A stretch of DNA of 64,000 nt, taken from Tubulanus polymorphus. Its lineage: Eukaryota > Animalia > Nemertea. Position numbers and translations under genes: made by a program. Of the stretch, positions 38,960 through 51,100 are shown in pieces. The notes beneath the pieces were generated by a model. That model saw only the letters and a list, made by a program, of their open reading frames with translations, was not told where the DNA came from and searched no databases. The stretch is from the NCBI RefSeq assembly GCF_964204645.1, contig NC_134035.1:12246451-12310450 (forward strand). Reading direction: 5' to 3'. The stretch's first letter is position 1, and every line of letters begins with the position of its first letter.

Positions 38960-40400
38960 TTATAGAAAGATTAGAGCGTCAGATCAGCTAGATCAGATGT
39001 ACTGAGTTATCTCACTCAAAGTCAGAAACAAAGAGTCACAGGGAAAGTTAACAGTTCCAGAGGAACGTCGAGTCATTTGTCTGAACTGACTTTAAATCAG
39101 GTATGATATTGAAATTGTATAAATCAATTTTCAAAGTATCAAAATTGAAAATTATTCATATTTTGTGTTTTCTTGTAGCAAATATTGAGAGGTCACAGAA
39201 CTGAGTGTCACTAGAGATGAGACAATCACCAGGCATCAGTTAGATGAATGTCACCACTCAGATCAGTAGTACTGATTCATCTCCGTCAAAGTCAGCAAAA
39301 GTCGCAAGGAAGGTTGACAGTTCCAGAGGAACGTCGAGTCATTAGTCTGAACTGACTATAAATCAGGTATCAAGGTACATAAAAACATGGTTCTCTTGTT
39401 GTAGGAAAAGTCTCAAACATTATGCTGGTCTGTTAGACATACAATACCAGAGGAAGGATAAGTCATTGAACTGACTATAAATCAAAGTCTCAAAATCTAA
39501 AATTATTCATATTTTATGTTTTCTTGTAGCAAATATTGAGAGGTTTAACCACAGTGTCACCATAGATGAGAATATCACTAGTGAGATCAGTACAGAACTA
39601 TGTCCCTCCAAGTGGATAGATCAGGGCGTCACCAGTGAGATAAGTGCATCTCAAGTGAGATGAGATCAGTGGTGCTGTGCTATATCTGCCTCTAAGTCAG
39701 GAACTAAGTAACAATTAAGAGTCACATGTAAACAGTTCCAGAGGAATGTCGAGTCATTAGTCTGAACTGACTTTAAATCAGGTATAATATTGAAAATGAT
39801 ATGAATCAATTTTCAAATCAAAAGTTGAAAATTGCCGGTATTCATATGTATTTTGTGTTTTCTTGTAGCAAATATTGAGAGGTCCACAGAACTGAGTCAT
39901 CAGAGATGAGACAATCACGAGGCATCAGTTAGATGAATGTCACCACTGAGATCAGTTGTACTTAATTAACTGCCTTAGCAACAAAGTAGAGTCACAAACT
40001 TAACAGTTGCAAAGGAAGGTCGAGTCATTAGTCTGAACTGACTTTAAATCAGGTATAACTTTGAAATTACATGAATCAATTTTTAAATCTCACGTTTTTC
40101 AAAATTATTCATATTTTGAGTTTTCGTTTTGTGAGTAGGAAATATCTAGAGATGTTATGTTACTAAAAGATGGAAAAATACCTTCAGAATTCACATGAAT
40201 ATTCTTCCAAAGTTGAAAGAATGGATGAGTCATGAATCTGAACAGACTATAACTCAGGTATATTGTAATAGAAAAACGACTTATGTTTTAATGTTTGGTT
40301 GATTGTTGAAAATATCCTTTAATGTTTGTTTGTTTGTCTTGTAGGTGAAAATGTGTGAAATATCTAATCTAACTCGATGTTGACTCTGATAATCAGGTGG
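38960..40400 (+). pseudogene. Tandemly duplicated exon-intron units (decayed gene or spliced lncRNA)
   Basis: Donors AATCAG|GTAT at 39100, 39366, 39781 and 40052, and ACTCAG|GTAT at 40257. Acceptors TTGTAG| at 39178, 39404, 39529, 39868 and 40344. Exons are homologous, and the frames I checked contain stops. Confidence 0.55.
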
Positions 40401-40416
40401 CGCCTGTTGATCGTTT

Positions 40417-40785
40417 GAGAACTCTAATGCGTTGCTGGAACTTGGAGAACTCTAATGCGTTGCTGGAACTTGGTGAACTCTAATGCATTGCTGGAACTTG
40501 GTGAACTCTAATGCGTTGCTGGAACTTGGTGAACTCTAATGCGTTACTGGAACTTGGTGAACTCTAATGCGTTACTGGAACTTGGAGAACTATAATGCGT
40601 TGCTGGAACTTGGAGAACTCTAATGCGTTGATGGAACTTGGTGAACTCTAATGCGTTGCTGGAACTTGGTGAACTCAAATGCGTTACTGGAACTTGGAGA
40701 ACTCTAATGCGTTACTGGAACTTGGAGAACTCCAATGTTTTGCTTGAACTTGGAGAACTCTAATGCGTGGCTTAACTTGGAGAAT
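40417..40785. repeat. 28-bp minisatellite (GAACTCTAATGCGTTGCTGGAACTTGGT), ~13 copies
   Basis: Tandem periodicity. Confidence 0.95.
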
Positions 40786-41862
40786 TCTTGTGAATGTTAA
40801 GACTTTGAGAATTCTTATGTGTGTGCAACTGACCCTGTGTATCAATATGTGTGTTCAATTCGGGATTTACTTTGATTTGAATAAAACAAGTTAGAATATC
40901 TTTGATCGTTTCTAAAGAATAGTTGATGTTGTTTTGAGGTGGAACTGAAATGCAGTAGTCAGTTCCGTAGTGTGTTTGAACTTGACATGACATGATGACT
41001 GACCTTGATTTCTTCTTGTTGACTTCTGTCTGTGTTTGTTAATTACACTTCGTAACTCGTTTGTTTTTGTAAAACTTATTTATTTCTATGAAATGATATG
41101 GTGATTTGTAGAGGAGCTGTAGTGTATTCTCAACTTGGTGTAAATAGTAAAACGAGGTGGAAAGTACTTAACCAGTTTTATCTTGTCTTATTTGTTACAT
41201 TGATAGATAAATTGATTTTGTGGTACTTAATTGATTTAAAGTGCTTGTGATTGGTGTTTGATAATTGGTTGACCTCTTTGTTTACTTATAAATACATATT
41301 GAACTATTAATCACGAAGACTAAAACCTATTCGTGGTTTAGTTGTTCACTACAAATTGTTTGTGTTGTTTTTCTGTGGTCTACAGTGGACTCGACTCTTC
41401 TAACTCGAATCACACTAATCAAGTATAGTATCACATTGACTCTCAGACATTTTCAAACTCTTTGAAATTCTATTGTCTGCAGTCAATCACCTGTACTCGC
41501 TTGTTTTAATTGATTTAGTAAGGAGAACTCGGTCTACCCATGCACATTTAAACTTGATAGTCCAGATTATATTTTTCAATATATACTAACACGTTTTAAG
41601 TGTAATGATAGATAACTACAGTAAACCTAACTCGGATTTTCACTTCAACTCGTGCCAATCTAGCGGGTCTCAGTTAATCCCAGTAAGGGCGAGCCGGTTT
41701 ACTGAAGAACTGTCTGTCACCGTTACCCAGAATATGTCTACTCAAGTATTGAACCTGGGGCACCCCTGTTTATCCTCTATTCAGCATCAGGACCACTGAA
41801 ATCAGGGGCAGTAATTTTTGGGTTCGAACTCTGGACATTCGCCTAGTTTAAATGATGCTATG

Positions 41863-42012
41863 ATCGCCATCTATTGGAAGTTGGCTGAACTGACTAGACG
41901 GCTCTTATTTGTCTCACTGACTCTTCTTTAATCGAATACGAATACGAAGGAGAGTCAGTGAGACAAATAAGAGCTGTCTAGTCGGTTCAGCCAAATTCCA
42001 ATAGATGGCGAT
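41863..42012. mobile_element. Palindromic MITE, ~65-bp arms
   Basis: ATCGCCATCTATTGGAA...CTCACTGACTCT / AGAGTCAGTGAG...TTCCAATAGATGGCGAT. Confidence 0.85.
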
Positions 42013-42489
42013 TACATGAGAAATATTGATTGAGCGCAAACAAAGTAAACTTAGTTCAATTCTCTATAAGATTTTTAATTTGTATCTGAATGATAGATTT
42101 AAGAGCCCCTCGCTAATATTTATTAAGAAGACTTTTGATGACTGTGTCGGGACCCGGGAACCCGGGACAACCCTGTACATCCTCTAATCAGCACCAGGAC
42201 CACTCTGGATCAGAATCAGTAATTACTAGGTTCGAACCCGTGACACCCCTGTACATCCTCTATCCAGCATCAGGACCACTCAGAATCAGTATCAGTAATT
42301 GCTGGGTTCGAACCCGACCGAACACCCATCTATTTAGCATCAGGACCATGCACTCTGAATCTGTGTTGGATTCGAACCACGGAATGCCCCTGTACATCTT
42401 CTAATCAGCACCAGGATTACTCTGGATCAGTATCAGTAATTACTGGTTTGGAACCCGGGACACTAGTAAATCCTCCATTCAGCATCAGG

Positions 42490-43217
42490 CAGGGGCGGAT
42501 CTAGAGGCAGACAATGACAGGAGCACAGAATTAAAAAAAGGGCAATCTAAAGAAAAGGCACTATCCATGACAGGCGAGCGCCGAAGGCGCGAACCATTCG
42601 CGGGGTCTGGGGGACCTCCCCCAGAAAATTTTTGAATTTCAACCCATTTTAATGCAATTTCCAGGCACCTGAGACACAAAAATGACATTCTGCAACAATT
42701 CTTTAAGAGATGGGAATTTATTAATATGGAAACAATGTGATAATGAACTTTATATATTGAAATTAAGTTTTTCATAAAATAAACAAGGTACATAACAAAA
42801 TAATTTTGATTAACTACAATCTAAATGAGATTGCACATATCTCATTTTCTAAGAAAGATTTACACATTAAGATGAGGTAATTCAGTGAATCACGTGTAAA
42901 TTAATGCCCTTTTCAAAAATAAATGTGCCCTTTCCATAAGGACCGACCACTGCCACGTGTATTAAATGCCCTTTTTGAGAATAATGCGCCTTTTACTCGA
43001 CTCACTTCAGCAACGGACAGAAACTACGTGTTTTATATGCCCTTTTTTGAAAATAACTGTGCCTTTTTCTTGAGAACAGACGGCCACCGCATGTAAACAA
43101 TGCCCTTTTTGAGAATAATTATGCCCTTTACTTGAGACAATTTTTTTCGCACTTTTTTCAAAAAGGGCACTCAGAATTTGCGACAGGAGCACGTGCTCCC
43201 GTCTAGATCCGCCCCTG
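42490..43217. mobile_element. Non-autonomous hAT-type (hAT5-like) DNA transposon
   Basis: 16-bp TIRs CAGGGGCGGATCTAGA / TCTAGATCCGCCCCTG; 5-bp TSD TCAGG; subterminal TGCCCTTT repeats. Related ends at ~52060-52070 and ~62230-62245. Confidence 0.88.
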
Positions 43218-44009
43218 TCAGGACCACTCTGCATCAGTTATCAGTAATTACTTTTGTTAAGATATCAAAATTTTACCGTATGGTGCTGCCTATATGCTCA
43301 TCGGTAGCGGGATTTTCATACACTAACGTTAGTCAACTCTGGCAAGCAAGCAAGCAAAGCTAGCAAACAAGAAGCATTTGGCAACCGGCAACTAGCAACT
43401 GGCAATGTCGTCTCAGGGCTTCCATAGTTTTGTTTACTATTTGTTTACCATTTGTTTACCCAAAAGCAGCAATAAAGCGAATTGAATTGTATACAGGAAG
43501 ACGGTACTTTGTCTCTCAGTGTTTCTGTTTGTGGCTTAAAATGATACGAAGAAGAAATGCATAACTTTTCATCAAGTAGGCCTTACATGTAACATTGTTT
43601 ACGTACTATACTGATACATGAAAAAGACATGACAAAAATGAAAAAAGCCAAAGTTGCTAAAACTTTACTTTACTAATTACTGCCGGCCTTCCATCCAAAC
43701 TTTGTTGGACCAAAAGGAAGGTAGGGAACCCAGGCCACCACAAGGCACACAGAGACAGGGACTTGTCACAATGGAATGATAGTGAAGGAATAAAACCAAT
43801 ATCACTGAGCAACCCCAATCCCTGTATCAAAAAAAAGATTATTTTACACAAGTCCCGATGTGGGGTAGTCTAGTATCTAGCTGCCGTTCCCTGTTAGTAA
43901 CCTAATCGTTGGTAGTAAGCTTTTATAATCGGATGAGCTCATGTGTTTAGTGAAAATAACCGATTGTGAATCTTAACCACCACAGACAGGTTACTGACTA
44001 ATATTGACA

Positions 44010-44255
44010 ATTAGATGGATTGGCAAAAAGACTCCTTAAGTCCAGTTGAATGAGAGAGAAAATCCTCCATTTTGTGAAATTTCTTGAATTTTTACATTGT
44101 CACCACGCCTACAAAATGAAGTTATTTTTCTTGTGGGGTCTCAACAACTAAATCAGGGTGGCGTAGGCATGGTAACAATGTTCAAATCCAAGAAATGGAG
44201 GATTTTCTCTCTCATTCAACTGGACTTAAGGAGTCTTTTTGCCAATCCATCTAAT
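44010..44255. mobile_element. MITE with ~63-bp perfect TIRs
   Basis: ATTAGATGGATTGGCAAAAAGACTCC...CTCCATTT / AAATGGAG...GCCAATCCATCTAAT. Confidence 0.88.
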
Positions 44256-45179
44256 CGGTACAGAACTGGAATAATATCGGATATTCAGTTGTTGTCCGCG
44301 ATTTTTGGTATTCTGTTAAGACATAAATGAGGTATGTACCCCAAAAAGTAAGCAAAATATCCCAGAAAAACATGTCTCATCCATTAATAAATAGACATTA
44401 GCTAGCAATTGTGACTACTACGACTGGTATTCGGACTAGATATGGAGGAACCCATTGTTGGCGGGTATTCAAACTATAGTAGTCTATAGTTATTTTCACT
44501 TAATCTTGGAAATGGAAAATGCAAATGATATGTCGGATAATATGCCTGCTAAATCTGAGTCACATTACAGTTCTGTGGGAACTCACGATCAATGTGCTCA
44601 CCCAGCAGTCCTCTCGGTCCAAACTGGTCGTGGACTCGTCACTGTGACAATCAGATAATGACCTATATTCAGTAACCTGATTTACCTTACAGGTGTTTAT
44701 AATAGCCTTGTATTTTTTGTTTGCGCATAGACACACACAAAAGTCTAAATGTCGATCTCTGATCTAAATGTCATGTTATATTTCATTTTGTGCGATTCTT
44801 TCTTACAGCAGGTAGGTCCTAGGCAAATTTACTAGTCGGTAGGCTACACCTAACCTAGTCAGTAACTAGTTAGTTACCTAATTGTTGGTGGTAAGCTTTT
44901 TATAATCGGATGGGCTTATACCAAGAGGACTAGTCAGTAACCTGTCTGGTTTAGTTTCACGATCGAATATTTTCACAAACCAAGCTTACCACCAACGATT
45001 AGGTACCGGTAACTAACTAGACCTAACCTTGATGAAATGATAGGTTAGATTTTGTAAAGTGATTTCTGTTTCAATCGAATGATGAAATCTATGTTCTTTT
45101 CATCTAGAGATTTATGGTGTGAATAAGCCGAGTTTCGCCGGTGTATAAGCTGTTTAAAAAAAGGGCCGGCTGTTTAACG

Positions 45180-48100
45180 ATGTCGTTGAGGACGCGTATC
45201 CGTGGTTTCACCAGTTGGGTGAATTTACGATTGAAATCGTCGGATCAGTTGATGAATAACGTCATTATGGATATCGTGTCTGGTACTAATATGAAATCTC
45301 TTATCGAATCATTGACCGGTAGATACATGAAACGTGTTCAAAGCTTTGACGGGTGAGTTTTATTCCTGAAACAATGTTTGGTTGGTCAAGTATTCACATT
45401 AGACTGTTATACAGCGCGCACTGCAAATTGAAAGATTTGTACCGCGACCAAAAACCCTTAGCCTAATAATAAAGCTAAAAGAATGATACCGGTAACATGC
45501 TTTTTTTTCATGAGATTAGTTATTTGTAATCAGTTCATTTCTATAGTTTCCGGGACTTTTATGATTAGCTTGATGATGATTTAATGTAATGTACCGTATA
45601 GGGTAGTTAGACGGGCCGCCGTGTCAACATTTAAGTTGAAATGAAAAACAATGCAGGGTATATCATATTTTTTAGCCTAATGAAAATTTTATTTTCATTT
45701 AACTACAAGGTTATTTCTACAATTTGGAATAAATAAGAGATGTTTAATGATGTATTCAGAGCTTTGAGGGCTGAACTTAAAAATGGCAAATCTTAAGACT
45801 GCCATTACCCTTGAGACTTGTCCAGACCCTTGACTGCTTAAAAATCTGTGACCTTACCAAACTTAGCGACTTCCCTAGAGCCTTTTGACTGTCTCAATGA
45901 CCCTCAAACTCAAATTACTACCACTATGTGAAGCTTGAAGACTACCCTCGACTGCCCCTAATCCTTACAGCCTTTGTTATCTATGTTCATAGACTAACAG
46001 ATCAACAGAAAGTTACTCGAATGGAATGGATTCTTGAAGAACTAAAAAGCTGGTGAGTAATAAAGTCTCGTTGATCTGGTCTTATGAATACAGTAGCGAG
46101 TCACATAACCGTCTGCTGTTTGTTTATTTTCAGTCATGTGATCCCCGTCGATGTTTACCTCGATTGTCGTATGTTCGCCATGCGTAACGCTGATACTGTG
46201 TTCGAGTTGCTATGGCGACTTATTCAACACGATATTTGGTTTCTATGGGAACGAGCTGAATTCCTACAGCACGTCAATGAGGAAATCGTTTGTCAAGCTC
46301 CGTTTAAGGTAAATATTCAATTTAAGGTTGGTTCGATTCTCTGTTTAGTTTTAAAATTTTACAGGTAGACTGATGTTAATCTGAGTATTCAGATTTAATT
46401 ACAGGGTCCAGTTGCACTCAGTTCTGAGTTAGGATTTGACTCTTTAAGTTAAAACATTGAAATTAACTAATTTTAATTCAGAGTTAACTCCAAACTCATC
46501 TAAACTGTAGAACTGGATCCTGTATATCATTATTGTGTTATTTTTGATGATGAAATTTAGTTAAAATGCTAGAAAATAAATCATCAAAGCATCAACTGTA
46601 AATTTTGCTCGGGTAGAAATTAGTATATTTTGTTTCTCGTGATTTCTAGTGGGTTCCAGAACCTCCTCCTGTACGGAAGAAAAAGAAAAAGATTGAGAAA
46701 TCATTTCTCTCTGGATTCGGGGCATCAGCGATACATGTTGAAGATATCCCTGACGATGTAAGCATTCAATTATATTCCATTAATCATATTTATCAAACTT
46801 TATTTTGTCGAACTTCAAAACTTTTAAAATGAAATTACTTAAATTTTTATGCCTCAATATTGTGAGTCTGTTATTATATGCGTTTTAGTCGGATGGACCT
46901 GACCCGATGATCCACTACGAACCGTTCCCCGGTGCTGATCTGATGAAATCTTATAAGATACGTAGTCATCGTCATGGTTACCCGCGTGTCGACCGTTGTA
47001 TATTAGAAATGATTAATGCTCATCTTCAGGTAAAAATTCCAACATCGTCATTGATTGATTGTCTGTCATTCAGTGTACATCTGTCATTGATTGTACTACA
47101 CATCTGTCATTGATTGTACTACACATCTGTCATTGATTGTACTACACATCTGTCATTGATTGTACATCTGTCATTTTCATTAGTGAAATTATCTTCATTT
47201 TCCAGATGACGAAAGAAGGAAGAAAGTTGGAAGTTATGGTAAATAACATTAATCTTCTGAGACCATAACTTGAAAATGTATTGAACTAATCCTATCCCAT
47301 CACTTTATCACTGAAGTTGTGGAGCTGGGTCCAGATGATAAACACTTCTACGATCGTTTGATTGTTATTTTCAGAGTTTAGATGATTTAGTTGATAGTAG
47401 AGTTTTATGCGCGATAGTGAATTCATTCATACCAAATCTCTACACAACTGAAGTATTGCTTAATGACAGGTAAAATTATACTATTCTTCATATCTATTGC
47501 AGATGTCTCCCAATAAATATCTGTTCAGTTCAACTGAATGTTTTATTTTTCTTCACTAGGTGGTCAATTAATTTCATCTTGCGAATGACAGAATCGATGT
47601 GGTATGTTCAGAGTCCTTTTGATTCAGAGGACCTCGTTCAGGTATGATGGAATGCTTTAGCGGGGGAATTTTACAAAATGAATTTTTTCTAAACTCTGAT
47701 TCTTAACTAGGCATCCAGTCCAGTCGGTAATATATCAACATTCCCAATTCTACCGTGTTGGCAGAGTTCACTCGTTAAAAATCGGAAAAATATTGGGAAG
47801 GTTTGATTTTGATTTCACCGAGGATTCTAAGCAGTAGATTTCTGACTGCCTAAATCAATCGAAGAAAAACCAACAATAGAAAATAAAGCCATTAAAAGAA
47901 TTTAATGTTCTGACTCATTTGCTAGGAGCCATTTTCAAAAACGACACAATCCTCTATTAGTTTAACTTCGTATTGTGGATTTTTTTCTTCAATTCTAAGG
48001 GATCATTCATTTATTACGTATGCATAAAATTTGAATTTTTCAACCCCCCCTCCCCCTCTGTACGCAAAATCAACCATTTTTTTTCGTATACATAAAGCAT

Positions 48101-51100
48101 TACAGTACGCATTTGCACTGACCCCTCCCCCTCCCCTAATGCCTACGTAATAGATGAATGACCCCTGAGCAGTATTTTTCATTTATAATTTGTAGGCTGA
48201 TACGATGGCAATGTGCGCTTATTGGACGTCGTTTTTCATGGTCGGTTATAAATATCGACAATCATCGATTGTTGTTAAACATAGCGAGAATTTGAAACAA
48301 TCGATCAGAGAATTCGGTCAGGATTTAGACCGATTTATGGGCGAAGCGATACCGGACACAGACGTTGAAGCTCTTAAACGAAAAAATGACCTGCTTCATA
48401 GAAAACAAGAAACTGAACAAAGTAAATACCCATTATTTGATAGCCCGTTAGTACAGGGTCCCTTTGACTCCTCAATTCATTAAAAACTCCTTCCAAGCAG
48501 GTGCTTGAAACTCCTTTAATTTTGAGAAATAGGCTATTAGAAATATTTTCAGTTGTACAGAAAACTACGTTAACCCAGTTATTGAATTTGAGTTAAGGTA
48601 GTGTATAGGCCAGTTAGGCAGTTATTGAATTTGAGTTAAGGTAGTGTATAGGATAAAAATGTGCTTACAATTCCACTAAATGAACAGTTTACCGAGATAA
48701 ACAGTACCGATTTAGGAGGTGTCTATTGGGATATATTAAAGTGTTGCAGGCATTTTCTTGAATTTTGAAAATTTCTCCTTGGAAACTCCTTATATCCAGG
48801 AATGACTGATCTGCAGGGACCCTGTTATTAGTTTATGGATGAATTTGAAATGAGTTTTTGATAATTTGCCACGTATTTTTCTCTATTCCAGAATTGAGTG
48901 AACTGGAAAAGAAATTCGACGTGAAATTTTGTTACAAATGGGTTTATCATGTAAAAAATATGTGTAAAATGGTAAGTTACTTCCATTAACTGCATTTCTG
49001 TGAGAAAGATGTTCCCAGGTGTCGTATATTTTCTTAATGAATGAAGATCGTGTACATCTTTTCAGACGCGCAAAATAATCAAGGATAAAATGAAAGCAAG
49101 ATTTGAAGTGATTTCAGCTCCTAGAAACATCACAATCAATGACTTGTGTTTGTCATTAGTCATCAATCTGGTGCGTGTAGAATTCATTTCCATCATACAT
49201 TAGCACAATCAAAGCTTGAATTTAAGCCCAGTCCGAGTTCATTTTGCATCTATAACCAATATAGTAATTTGAGACCAGACTGAGCTCATTTTGGTTCTAT
49301 AGCCAATCTAACAACTTAGGAGCAGTCTAAGACCATCTTATAACCAATCTAACAATTTAAAACCAGTTGAAGCCTAGTTTGGTTATACCGGTTTATCCAA
49401 TCTAACAACTAAAGGCTGGTCTTAGCTCATTCTGGTTCTATAGCCTATCTAAAAACTGAAAACCAGTCCTATTATTTAAGACACTCCTTTTAGACTTAAG
49501 AACTGTGGTACTAGATTTTACAGTCCATGGACTTTCATTCAATTAGTAATCCAATTTTCACGATACTGTTTGCGTTTAGAGTTTAACCGGTGGATCAGGA
49601 TTCCATAAAGCGTCTGGTCGTGAGACGTGTAGTGAAAGCAGACGGATCATCCTACGATGTAAAGATACCGGGCAATTTTACGATGATTTCACGACGAAAG
49701 ACAACAATAAACTGACAGTTCGTCAACGATTGCATTTGAACGCTTCAAAAACAGTCGATATCAACCCCGATGATTATCCTCAATATGATGTATGTATTAC
49801 ACTAACGCGTTGCGCGGTCCGATATTCAGATTTAGACAATGACGTGCATGTCAGAGAATATTTAGGGAAAAAACAAGTCAAATATAAGTGGCCACTATGG
49901 TATATCTTGTAGTGATCGTGTACTTTTCATGCAACTTTGTCTTGTAATATTTCAGATGTATTTTGAAAGTCAATCTAGGAATAAACAATTGAAGACCGGA
50001 TCGTCGTTCATGTATTTACTGTTTCCCGGAAATACGAACAACTGGCAGAAATTGTATCTGAAAGCGGCTCGAGATGGAGAATTAGAGATCGTTGAGAAAC
50101 TAGTGACGTTCTTCAGAGATCGGCCGTCGTTTATCAACTGTAAAGAACAACCGCAGGCGAATTCAGCTTTACATCTAGCAGCGCGAGCTGGACATATGGT
50201 AAATAATCAATCCGACTTGGTGGACTGAAATCCATAAATTAATGGATGAAATCCGCAGTTGATGATTTAACGACGTATATATTAATTCAGTATCTGATGC
50301 GGTGAGATAAAATACTCGAACAATTGTTAACAGATCAATGTTTTTTCTGATATCGATTTCTAGAATATTGTACTGTTTTTACTGGAAAATGGAGCTAATA
50401 TTGACGCGAGAAATTCATTTCGTTGTACTCCGTTATTTGGTGCTATCGAAGGATTACATAGAGATATTTGTCATGTAAGTTTGTATCATACATTTATCGA
50501 ACAGTGCATTCGTACATGTGATTAGAGGATTACTCTTTGAACTACGTACCCGGTTGGCTGAAATTCAGATGAAACACCGACAGTCCCAACGGAATGATTT
50601 CGATAATCAGTCTCTTTCATGTATCATTAAAGAGTCATAACATGATGTTCTGTACATATTGTAGCTATTGATCGAATGGGGCTGCGATATCAATGTTAAG
50701 AATATCGGCCGGCATACTGCATTTGAAACTGTGAAAAACGATGAATTCAAATTGTTCTTGACAGGTAAAATCGATTTTTAGAAGTGAAAATATCATAGAA
50801 AGCAGTTTATTGCACAAATCTAAAACTGTTGTTATAACTGGTATCTATTCATTATAGATATGTCATTCATTATGTTATTTTACAGCATTGTATAACCACT
50901 ATTCATCAGTAGTACCAAAGATAATGGCTGGAGACACGGAACTATTGGCTAAAGTCGTCAGACAGCACAAACTGAACATAAAACCACTGTGTAAATTACA
51001 AAGCAGGTAAAAGGAAACTGTGGGGTTTTGTTTGATTCGGATTAAACCTTCACATCTGTGAAATAAGAATCAAATTGTGTCAATTGAACTGTCCACTGTG

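Larger units (their letters stand above)
41745..43250. repeat. Degenerate ~70-bp tandem repeat (CCCCTGTACATCCTCTAATCAGCACCAGGACCACTC...GGTTCGAACCCG) interrupted by two MITEs
   Basis: Units at ~41760, 42170, 42245, 42325, 42390 and 42470; resumes at 43218. Confidence 0.85.
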
